From: Eledone cirrhosa
Lineage: Eukaryota
DNA length: 64,000 nt
Direction of reading: 5' to 3'
NCBI GenBank assembly: GCA_964016885.1
Contig: OZ024740.1
Location: forward strand, 62,682,001-62,746,000
The notes beneath the pieces were generated by a model. That model searched no databases and was not told the origin of the DNA. It saw only the letters and a program-made list of their open reading frames with translations. The position numbers were made by a program, and so were the translations under genes. Below are positions 53,206 to 64,000 of the stretch, piece by piece (the first letter of the stretch is position 1; each line of letters begins with the position of its first letter).

Positions 53206-53343
53206 CAAAGGAATTGTGGTAAGGAACCAGATGGACCATAACGCACCAGAGTACTCAATACTTAGGGTAGTAGAGTGGGAAATAGGAAAAAGTATGACCC
53301 CGACGGCAGAGCTCAAGCCGTTTCGAAGGCTATTTCTGGACTA
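53203..53343 (-). mobile_element. Short copy of the 58351-59826 family with the 3' half of the hammerhead
   Basis: Minus strand GAAACGGC ttgagctct GCCGTC GGGGTC, then the tail to (TA)n. Confidence 0.85.
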
Positions 53344-53344
53344 A

Positions 53345-53377
<33 letters not shown>

Positions 53378-53669
53378 TATATATATATATACCCGTGCTT
53401 TTGTAATATCCTTATAGTGTTTTATGTATTAATTCAATTAAACATATAGATAATAGACACATACGCACGCATATGAATTCATAAGTAATCACGTAGCCAT
53501 AAGGTTACGTTACACTTAGGCTCATAGCGCCTCATGCAATCGTAGGAGCGCCTTGGTGACATGGTCATGTAACTTGGCAGAGCCCATTCTGCTCCAGGGC
53601 TGAACACAGCCGATTTTTTTATAGGAAAAAAGGTAAAGAGAGAGAAAGAGAAAGAGATACAGTGGAGGA

Positions 53670-53820
53670 GTCAATCTCTGTATTGGACTGATACTTTATT
53701 TATCGAGTTGGAAGGGAGACAGGAAAAGTTGACCTTGGCAGGATTGGAACTCAGAGTGCAGAAGGCCGGTACGAATATCTCAAATCTGGTGTTCGAACGG
53801 CGCTGACAATTGGCCACCTT
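53670..53820 (-). mobile_element. Degenerate tRNA-SINE
   Basis: actgatactttatttatcga..aagttgaccttggcaggattggaactcag. Confidence 0.6.
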
Positions 53821-53840
53821 TACAGACTCAGACACACACA

Positions 53841-53931
<91 letters not shown>

Positions 53932-54647
53932 TATTTAATCATCTAACCTAATACCTCTACGTTAAATGCATTTTACTTTAACTTCACTATCATTTATTTT
54001 AATTAGTTCTTTATGTGTTCCTAACTCCAAGTTTATTAAATTTGGATAACATCTATTCAGCAGTTATTTGACAATGATTTTCGTTATATATAATTCTATT
54101 AATTACTTTCTCTGACAACTATCCTGATACATCAGACACGTGCTGAATAGAATATAATGCGTGTTCTCGATTTATTATTGTTTTCTTATCATATTCTTCA
54201 CACTCGTATCACATTTAATTAATTATAACATAATATGGTTAACTCGTACACTTCCAAACACATTCAGAAGACATTTAATTTGTTTACGAAATCTAAAGAT
54301 ACCTTCTTTCGTTCTTACTAAATTACCCATGGATACTCTATAGGTCCGGGCTCATACCTTTATATATAATCTGATTAGTACTAGTAAGAAACATCTCAAT
54401 GGTATACATTTAAGCGATTTAAACGATTAACTAAATGTATTTGACTTCAAACAGTAAACTGCTTTTTTCGGAAAGTTTCAATCGCCTATTTTCCTAGTCG
54501 TTATTCCTATGACACTCACATTAAGAGGTTCTTATTTCTTCCAACTTATCTTCGCAAAATACTAATATATTTTATTTTATTCTTTGCTTCAAAAAATCAC
54601 AGGTAGAATATTTCTAACAATCTTTAACATTGCTTACTTATCATCTC

Positions 54648-54692
<45 letters not shown>

Positions 54693-55082
54693 ACACACAC
54701 ACGCACACATGCACACACACACATAACACACGCACACACTGACACACACACACATAACACACGCACACATTGACACACACAGATACACGTGTGTGTTTGT
54801 GTATTTTAACAAAGTATTGTAAGTTTGCATCAGTTTTCCACACAAAGTGAAAACTTTAAAAATGTTCGCCTGGTTCTCTTCCATGCCTGCTATTTCTTCC
54901 CCTTGGGAAAGAAAGGATATAGAAGTAGAAACACAGATTTTAGAGCTTATAAAAATTACTGTAATGATTAAATATAAATATGATTAATAGTATTTTGGGT
55001 TTGGTTGTTTGATACTGTTCCACGATACTAAATGATTCAAACCAAGCAAACAAAATTAAATGACGAAACTTATTTTACTTTG

Positions 55083-55400
55083 TTAGAAGCTCCCGCGTCT
55101 TGAGATGCATGAAGCAGATAATGTACTCCAGCGACCACGGTCAGTTGCATCTATCAATAAATTGTTCCAACTTTTGGTCTCTATTGATTTCTGTCGATAG
55201 TTCATCTTGGGACGTCCTCTTCGCCTCCTTCCATGGGGGTGCCAATATAGGACCTGGTTAGCATGTCTCTCACTTGGGAGTCGTGTGACGTATCTCAACC
55301 AGCCAAGTCGATACTTGTACGTGATGTTAGACACATGTTAGACACATTGTTTGCGGGTTCGTTGACGAAGTATGGTCCGTTTGACAGTTTTTCACTCAGA
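55083..55400 (-). mobile_element. RTE-clade LINE 3' fragment
   Basis: RLGWLRYVTRLP..QVLYW.P.GRRRRGRPK..DR..W. Confidence 0.65.
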
Positions 55401-55591
55401 TTCGTTTATCAAATTTCACTCGCAAAGATTTGGGCTATAATAGAAGACGCTTTCCTAAAACCACGTGATTGTGAAGCAAACTTATTAACCACAGCAGTAC
55501 TGTTGATTTTCGTATAAACATTATTTTCTCACATAAAAAATAGATAAAACGATTCTGCAATGAATGAGTTTCACTCGAGTATATGTAAACA

Positions 55592-55910
55592 TAGTATGGC
55601 TGAATGATTAAGGAGTTCGCTCCTCGCAATCATAAGGTCCTCGTTTCGATGACTCTGCTTGGTATCGTCAGAAAGTGTAATTTACCATAGGATCGGGTTG
55701 ACTCAAGCTTTGTGAGTGAAAGCGAAATTCGGTTGACGTAAACTGTTTAGAAGCTTCTCAGATTGAGTCTATTTGTAATTCAAAGGACCAGCTTCCTCAC
55801 GCACTGTTACGCTGTATTTCGTCGAGAATTACGTTAGGGATGAACATATGTGTGGAGTTCTTGGCCATTTACATGTTTATTTCACGAGAAAGTTGTTCCG
55901 TTAATCGACT
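55592..55910 (+). mobile_element. Second SINE family (tRNA head, CORE-like), diverged
   Basis: atggctgaatg.ttaag..gttcgct..; gactcaagc.ttgtgagtgaa..; paralog at 56452-56790. Confidence 0.6.
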
Positions 55911-56451
55911 CATACTTATTTTATCGATATCAGAGAGATGAAAGGCAAAGTTAACTCCGGTAGAATTTAAACTGAGAATGTAGCTAAATACTTCAATATA
56001 ATGTGTCAATTCTCCCAATGCAGCGTCATTTTGTGTACAAGATCACAATTATCGCAAATAATTGTAACAATCATGTTATGTAGTTACAATACCTGAAAAA
56101 GTGTTCAATCGTTTTTACTTTTTCTTGTTTAATCCAGATCACCCCCATCCAGAAAACCAGTGATCAAAGGCATTACGACCATGACTGTCCCATTTTATTT
56201 TCAAGCATAGGGCATTTAGAACTACATTACCCAATGATTTTTCTCTTCAAGTTAGTAGTGTGAGTTTTGAGCGACCACGTCAAACCCCTACTATTTTAGA
56301 CACTATGTTACAGTGATATAAATGAAGCGCAGATTAAACAATTTAAATCTTAAGAAAAACTCAGAGAAATTTCACGAGGAAAAAAAAAATTACTGAGAAG
56401 TTTATTGACAATATATTTTCATTTTATGAGTATATCAGTGAGTTGATTCAA

Positions 56452-56790
56452 GCATGGCTGAATGGGTAAACTTTTCCCTTCCCAATTATAAGGTTTCGGG
56501 TACCATCCTACTGCGTGGCATCTTGGGTAAGTGACTTTACCATCATTTCAAGCTGACTCAAGCCTTGTGGGTGAAATCGGACAGACGGAAACTGTATGAA
56601 GTCCTGTCGGAGGGATTTTATCTGTAATTCAAAAGTAAAGACTGGTTATGTATTGAGTTATGCTAATTCGGCTTGAAAATTACATTAAAGACACACGTGT
56701 CTGTAAAATATTCAACCACTTGAACGTTAATTCATAAGCTGGATATTCATTTTAACAAATAGGTGGAATATTATTATCGAAATCGACGGT
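56452..56790 (+). mobile_element. Second SINE family copy
   Basis: gcatggctgaatgggtaaa..ctgcgtggcatcttgggtaagtg..agccttgtgggtgaaatcggacagacggaaactg. Confidence 0.65.
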
Positions 56791-56989
56791 GAAGACATCA
56801 TTATAATATTAATAAGTGAAACTAGATTAAAATACGGCGAAGTTATTTCCATATTTTGACAAAATATAAATAGATATGCATATTGTTAAAATAGTTTGAT
56901 AGATATTAAAAGTCAATATAAAATGGATTGAAATATAAAAATATAAGCAGTACAGGAAATATTTAGCGAAATTTCAGATTGTGCATCGA

Positions 56990-57200
56990 CACGATCTCCG
57001 CCTCCAGCTATGTCGCTTCGTCCACAAATTAGTGACTGCCGTCCGTAACGCAGTTATCAAAATAGACCACTTCCTTTTTATGCCTGTCACCATCGAGACA
57101 TCTTATGTTCTCCGTCTCCGAACTGCCGTTTTTCTATGAAAGATTGACAGGAGGTGGTGAGGGTGTCACGAGCTGTTTCCGCAGCAATGCTTTCACCGGA
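56990..57200 (+). mobile_element. Possible relic of a CRE-type RLE C-terminus
   Basis: FLFMPVTIETS.VL..RTAVFL*KIDRR resembles F.P...ET.G..G.....FL..I.RR. Confidence 0.3.
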
Positions 57201-58221
57201 TGCAACTGAGATATACCACTTAGACTGATAAACCCTAGCTTTCTCCCCTTCCACTATCTTTCATTATTTCATTTTTCGAATAAAGTACTTATATATTGAT
57301 AATGATTACAGAAATTTATTGCACCTATATTTATGTCTATAAAATATGATGGAAAGGTTTGCATACGATGAGCATCTTTGGAAATATACCTTAAAGAAAT
57401 CGACTAAATTTCGAGAGCTCAATGATTTTTATTTTGTCTTTGTTGTCGTTTAGTTCCAGATTATTCTGATCGAGCAAACCTAGGTTCAAAGATATTCTAA
57501 CGATGGCCATCGTGTTTTATTTTCAGACATAATGCATCTAGGACCGAATTTTCCGAAATGTCCTTTTTCAAGATAGTAAGCATGATTTATGGGAGATTTA
57601 GCTGGTATTTCTAGCAAGTCACTTCCTACGAAAACACTCATATATAACTATATGCATATATGTGTGTGTTATTTTACTATAATATCCAGTCTTGGACGAT
57701 CTTTATAGGTGGTTCATAGAATTGATTTTATAGCTCATTTCAAAGGCGGAAAGGATTATTTCCATTATAAATTGCATGAACTATTTCTATCATTTAGTTG
57801 GAAATAACTTGGCAGATTCCACATTTAATTAGAAACTATAAACAAACTCAAACATTATCCGTTAAATGTTTGCATATTTCACTATCTCCTTTCTATTTAA
57901 GGGAAATATTTATATTAACCAGACAATGGGCACTGAAACGAAAATAATATACTATTATCAATATGGCATATTTTTGAAGTTTCACGGCAATAAAATAAAT
58001 AGCAACAAAGCCAAAGCTATTCATGAATGGTCTTACCTAATAAAATAAGATTCTAAGTTAACGACAAAGGTCAACATGATGTCCTTCAGTCTACATGCTT
58101 ACATAATGTAGTATTAAAATTAATGAATTTTCTGATAGTTTCGTTTAAGAGTTACATTGAGTTTTTGTAAAGGGATGGGAAGAAATAACGAAACTTTTTA
58201 TATACTTTATAGATTACCATT

Positions 58222-58307
<86 letters not shown>

Positions 58308-58318
58308 AATATATACTC

Positions 58319-58352
<34 letters not shown>

Positions 58353-58443
58353 CGAAGGAAATGTGGTAAGGAACCAGGTGGACCATAACGCACCAAAGTA
58401 CTCAATACTTAGGGTAGTAGAGTGGGTAATAGGAACAAGTAAG

Positions 58444-58537
58444 GCCCCGACGGCTGAGCTCAAGCCGTTTCGACGGCTAATTCTGGACTGAATGAAAATT
58501 TATTCTAGTATTTAAATAGCCGAGCTTATCAAGGGGT
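58444..58537 (-). ncRNA. Type I hammerhead, U3-A8 variant, GUC site
   Basis: Minus strand: ACCCC-TTGATAA-GctCGGCTA[..]TAGCCGtC-GAAACGGC ttgagctca GCCGTC-GGGG. Confidence 0.72.
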
Positions 58538-59717
58538 AATTCCATATATGGTCAAAGAGATAATCACCAGGATTGGTCACATCACAAGTTAGTAGTAAAT
58601 CTGTGAATGGCAAATTGGTGGGGGAGGGGGTAGCTAAACCTGCCGGTAGGAGAAAAAGGGAGAGGGGGTGGAGTAGACCCATTCATGCGTTGGTAGTGCC
58701 GGCTACAGCTGGGCGTGAGGTCAAAGAGGATACTGGGGAGGGGGAGGGGGAGGAAGTCGAAACGGTAGGTAGAACAATGAAGGGTAAAACTATAAAAAGT
58801 ACTGAGAGAGAAAAAAAGTACTGAGAGAGAGAGAAAAAAAAAAAAAATAAGCAAAGTCTGGTTACTAAGACTTAAGTCTCTCGCTATTGCTAGGCTAAAG
58901 AAATACATAAATAAATAAATAAACAAATAAGTGAATAAAAGAATAGATAAATAAATTTAAAAATAAAAGAAAAAAATATAATGAAGAATAAAAAAATAAA
59001 TAATAATAATAAAAATAAACTAGGTGGGACGGAAATAAAGGGACCCTTATACGAGGTATAAGTGCGTGTATCGTACGGTGACGGGTCAAAAAAAAGGGGG
59101 GGGGGGGCAAAACACTAAAGAGATTACCACGAAATAATAAAGGTTTCTACCCCAATCACAGGGCCAGCAACCACCCGTCACCGTGGATACACGCACTTAT
59201 ACCTCGTATAAGGGTCCCTTTATTTCCGTCCCACCTAGTTTATTTTTATTATTATTATTTATTTTTTTATTCTTCATTATATTTTTTTCTTTTCTTTTTA
59301 AATTTATTTATCTATTCTTTTATTCACTTATTTGTTTATTTATTTATTTATGTATTTCTTTAGCCTAGCAATAGCGAGAGACTTAAGTCTTAGTAACAAG
59401 ACTTTGCTTATTTTTTTTTTTTTTTTTCTCTCAGTACTTTTTTTTCTCTCTCAGTACTTTTTATAGTTTTACCCTTCATTGTTCTACCTACCGTTTCGAC
59501 TTCCCCCCCTCTCCCTCCCCAGTATCCTCTTTGACCTCACGCCCAGCTGTAGCCGGCACTACCAACGCATGAATGGGTCTACTCCACCCCCTCTCCCTTT
59601 TTCTCCTACCGGCAGGTTTAGCTACCCCTTCCCCCACCAATTTGCCATTCACAGATTTACTACTAACTTGTGATGTGACCAATCCTGGTGATTATCTCTT
59701 TGACCATATATGGAATT

Positions 59718-59811
59718 ACCCCTTGATAAGCTCGGCTATTTAAATACTAGAATACATTTTCATTCAGTCCAGAATTAGCCGTCGAAACGGCTTGAGCTCA
59801 GCCGTTGGGGT
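59718..59811 (+). ncRNA. Mirror copy of the U3-A8 hammerhead (GUU site)
   Basis: ACCCC-TTGATAA...GAAACGGC ttgagctca GCCGTT-GGGGT. Confidence 0.65.
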
Positions 59812-59821
59812 CTTACTTGTT

Positions 59822-59870
<49 letters not shown>

Positions 59871-59872
<2 letters not shown>

Positions 59873-60500
59873 TGGCTGCCAACTCGTTTTCGAGTACGGC
59901 TACTACTTCATATCCATGTAGGAGAACCCCTACCGATGCACTGAACGAGTGCGACTTTTTAGTCCAGCCAGCGACTTGACAACTCTGGTACAAACACTAC
60001 ACTTGTGACAATTATTGCAGAGATCTCCAGATATAAAGCAATGCCTGTGCCGTGAAGCTTTTATAGTGAGCAAAGGCACTGCACAAAGCCAGTCCCACTC
60101 TCTTAACCAAGATTATATTTACCAAAAAGAAGAACAAGTCAACGTAATTGGATACCATCAGGGTTGCAGGTGTTATATCAGAGTTTTCCTTCTCCTAGAA
60201 TTCTGCGTTGACAAAGGCTAAGGGATCATCTCTCCCGGTGATTTTGGATGGCTATTGACTCTTAAGAGCTCCTTTGCCCTTTGACAGGTTTTGTTTTTGG
60301 TCCTGCAGGATGTCCAAAGTCACCCTCCTCACAAAGAAACCTTGGTGGGGTTGACAGTTCAGTCGCCAACGACCCGACCATGAGACAGGTTGTACTGGGA
60401 TATATGTTACCAGTAGCACCAACTGGTGACCGTACATACATATACGTATACAGGCGTACAGTAGTATGTATATACATACATATATACATATATATATACA

Positions 60501-60561
<61 letters not shown>

Positions 60562-61499
60562 ATGTATATATATATATATATATACATATACTTATATATA
60601 TGTATATACATATGTAAATATGTATAAAAAACATGAGAAGAAAGAAGAATACTGCGTGGTTGCACATGGGTTACATATTATAAAAATAGTCCTTCGTCAG
60701 TGATTTTCCAACCATCATTGGTATTTCATCGCATTAAAAATCAGATACCTCAGGTTGGTGCGAGCAATAACTAAAAAAAGTTATTGGGACCAGTAATTCG
60801 CGTAAAGCGAGGGGGACAAGTAAACAACATAGAAGGATAAAAGCAAACCCAAGGTAGGAAAATAAACAAGCAACATGGTTGTCCGGTCAGCATAAGCTGG
60901 GTGGATTTCATGAGCGAGAGAGGTACAGACCGTCCGATGTGTGTGAGGTGTAAGCAAGAAGAGACCCACTACAAGCCAAACGGGAGGAAGTGAGAAGGGG
61001 AGAAACAGAGAGTGAGTGAGTGGAAGTGTGAGGAAGAGGTCAGTCGAGAGAAATTGTAACTGACAGAGGGGGCGAAAGAAGGTGAGAGAAACAGAGAGAG
61101 CGGAGAAGCAGTATATATACTTGCACGCGTACGAACGCCAAGCATTCATGAATGTATGCATGTATATCATACATAAGTCAACATCATTGGATACCATCAT
61201 ATTTGGTAAATATAATCTTGGTTAAGAGAGTGGGACTGTCTTTGTGCAGTGCCTTTGCTCACTATAAAAGCTTCACCGCACAGGCATTGCTTTATATCTG
61301 GAGATCTCTCTGCGCTTGTCGTCACATGGTACCATGGGCCCAGCACTATGTGTCAATAATTGTCACAAATGTAGTGTTTGTACCAGATTTTCAAGTCGCT
61401 GGCTGGACTAAAAATCACACTCGTTCAGCGCATCGGTAGGGGTTCTCCTACATGGATATAAAGTAGTGGCCGTACTCGAAAACGAGTTGGCAGCCACCA
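59871..61499. mobile_element. Inverted-repeat element (~255-300-bp arms) enclosing microsatellite and a nested repeat
   Basis: 59871-60126 is the reverse complement of ~61202-61498 (one arm has a ~40-bp indel). Confidence 0.8.
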
Positions 61500-62279
61500 T
61501 ATCATACATAGAATGCATCAGCATATCTCCATCCTACTCATTCTACTTATAACTGGGCAGCACTTTGAAACTACGGAAATGTCAATGATAACAGGCTACA
61601 GTTCCCATTGTATGTTTTAAAATAACGCAGAACTATTATTGCTTTGATGATTATTCAAAATCTTCAACTGATCGTTATTTTCCCTTTCTTCGAACAATCG
61701 ATTTTCCTTTCCAGCATTGACTAATAGTAATTGTACATTTTCAAGTTACTCTTTTCATGTTTTGTCGCTTCTATTTTTAACTCTTTGTTACCTTATTTCT
61801 ATTGAAAGATATTGCGTAAAATTGTCGAATAATTTAGAAAATTATCAAGAATTTAGAGGGATTTTTTTAATATAACAAACTTTACTATTATTAAGCTGGT
61901 ATTTGAAACCTAATGTCATGAAGGTTATTCCAGAAAATTATGATGGAAGATTTCTAGACAATTATACGAATTCTAAAATAAACAGCTTACGATCATAGAA
62001 CCAGAGGTGAGTTCAAGCGGTTTGGTATGAACATGAATCTTCTATATTAGTAAGTAAAGGGTTGTGTTAAATATATTATCTCCTCTAGTGACGGTAATTC
62101 TTCGGTTAAAATCTTATAAATATGCTTTACAAAGAAGTAGGGTAAAATCTTATAAATATTCATAACATAGAAGCACCTTTTAGAAAAAATGCTTTAACTA
62201 CTTGTCAGAATATTGCAATCACTAACAATAACAGAAAAAAAAAGAATATAGCTTGATATAACCTATTTTACTCTATAAA

Positions 62280-62482
62280 CAGACCTGTCAACCCTCCTCG
62301 TCAGACGGGGAGATCTCCCACCCACTTTGGAATGGGTGAGAGATCTCTCCTCTTGTGAAAATAGGTATAACTTTCATTATGTAAAATCTCCCCATAACTT
62401 TCATTATGTAATTTCTCCTCGTTTTGGGGCATTTTCTTTTAATGGTACTCCTAGTTTGTTTTTTTTTAGGTTGGCAGGTCCG
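62280..62482. mobile_element. MITE with ~14-bp TIRs (hAT-like termini)
   Basis: CAGACCTGTCAACC / (rc)CGGACCTGCCAACC; no clear TSD. Confidence 0.5.
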
Positions 62483-62579
62483 TATTAACTACAGTACATC
62501 TCGCTAGAATTAATAGGAATAATATCACGTAAACAAACACACAATTCTCTCTACCACAACATAACTCACTAGCTCTTAC

Positions 62580-62712
62580 AAAATGACCATTATACGATAA
62601 ATGCCCCAAAGGGAACTAAATTCTCCACTCCATTAGAAACAACAATCTACATAGGTCTAACTGAAACATCCTTGAAAACAAGATTTAACCAGCACACCTA
62701 CACCTTCAGACG
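62580..62712 (+). mobile_element. Penelope-like GIY-YIG fragment of a second type (Naiad-like)
   Basis: TIYIGLTETSLKTRFNQHTYTFR. Confidence 0.6.
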
Positions 62713-63311
62713 GCATTACATATGTAAACTTACACCATTGCAGCTTCCATCTTCTAATATGTCGAAATATATATGTGTGAAAATGTGGAGTTGTGTGAAC
62801 ACATTTATGCTATGCGTATAGGTACATGCATATATGTATATTATAAAACTATAACAAACAGCTTAATTAGCAGCATACCGCACCTTTTATAGAAAACCTC
62901 TTTGAAATTATCGTTTCAACACTTCGAACGTCGCGCAACTTTCATGTAATTACTACTTGGCTTGCATTATCTTCCTTTCACCTTTATTCACACTGTCACA
63001 AAGTCTAACTACAGCTAACCTTGCGTGCATTCACACATATTTCCAACGACAATGTAAGCTTTTATAACTTGATACATTCTAAACACAAGAGAGTAATATA
63101 CTAAATGCATTGTTGTATCGCACACAACAAGAACGTCAGAACATTTATCTTTGGACTTGCATGGTAGAACACTATCAACATAACCACATACATTAATATG
63201 TATAAAGTCAGTTTCTGTTTTGCAAGACCTTTGACTACATAAATGTGCATATAAATGGGATGGCGTATGCATACAATTACGTTTGTATATGCAAGTATAT
63301 GTATGAATGTA

Positions 63312-63379
<68 letters not shown>

Positions 63380-64000
63380 AAGCACTATCGGCCAATACAA
63401 GCCAAAAACTCAGAAGAATATGGAGTATACATACATTAAAGCATAGGAAAATTATCGAGTAAAAATTATCAAGTAAAAATTGCTAAGGAAGTGAATAACA
63501 TTTTGAACCATATTACATATATAGTACAATGCAAAAACTAAAGCTAAACACAAGTGGTGATATAAAGCGAGAATTATTGTACTATATATAATATAATATA
63601 ATATAATATAATATATAATTGATAATGATAATAATAATAATATTAAAAGGCCCAATGTACATATATATATATATATACATATGTACACATATATACATAT
63701 ATATCAATACACATTTCCATCAATACAAACAGAAACTAACACTTATTAAGAGTTTAAATAAAGTTCTATATGATAGTTCTGTATGATATTTTTTCTCACC
63801 CTGTCTGTAACTCTATATGATTTGTTAAGTTATATGCCAATATTTTATAATATTGTTATTATAGTGTTATTGTAATATTTATATTGTTTGTGCAAATTAA
63901 CCGGAGATTATTAATTATATAATTATATAATTATATAGTATATTATATATTATATGTTTACTTTTACTCATTTCTTCATCATTTTATACTGTAAATAATA

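Larger units (their letters stand above)
58351..59826 (-). mobile_element. Large fold-back element: ~655-bp inverted arms, 86-bp spacer, 78-bp one-sided tail, in (TA)n; hammerhead in each arm
   Basis: Arms 58429-59086 and 59173-59826; tail 58351-58428. Confidence 0.9.

Overview
Repeat-saturated, AT-rich animal genomic DNA. The SINE types and microsatellite load suggest an octopus/coleoid cephalopod (inference, not verified). Only one convincing host-gene piece is visible: a + strand first coding exon of a rhabdomeric-opsin-like GPCR (22246-22460); the rest of the window may be its intron. Everything else is mobile DNA docked in microsatellites. There are four Tx1/L1-clade non-LTR retrotransposons (three in (ATT)n tracts; one in (ATCT)n with an intact 1148-aa APE-RT-ZnF ORF2), R4/Dong-type RLE elements, RTE and CR1 fragments, a non-autonomous LTR element, MITEs and many tRNA-derived SINEs. 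(TA)n tracts hold several Penelope-like fold-back elements carrying minimal type I hammerhead ribozymes. Highlights: (1) the Tx1 elements and a tRNA-SINE share a covarying 3' stem-loop (invariant CUUGU loop, then AGAAA at fixed spacing), suggesting a stringent, microsatellite-targeted LINE/SINE pair; (2) related Tx1 families appear to have switched target from (ATT)n to (ATCT)n; (3) a conserved GGTAAGTG splice-donor-like motif plus pyrimidine tract sits at the ORF1/ORF2 junction; (4) two hammerhead families carry the compensatory U3-A8 core variant, one of them inside a 1.4-kb palindrome. All alignments and folds were done by eye; boundaries of degenerate elements are approximate.
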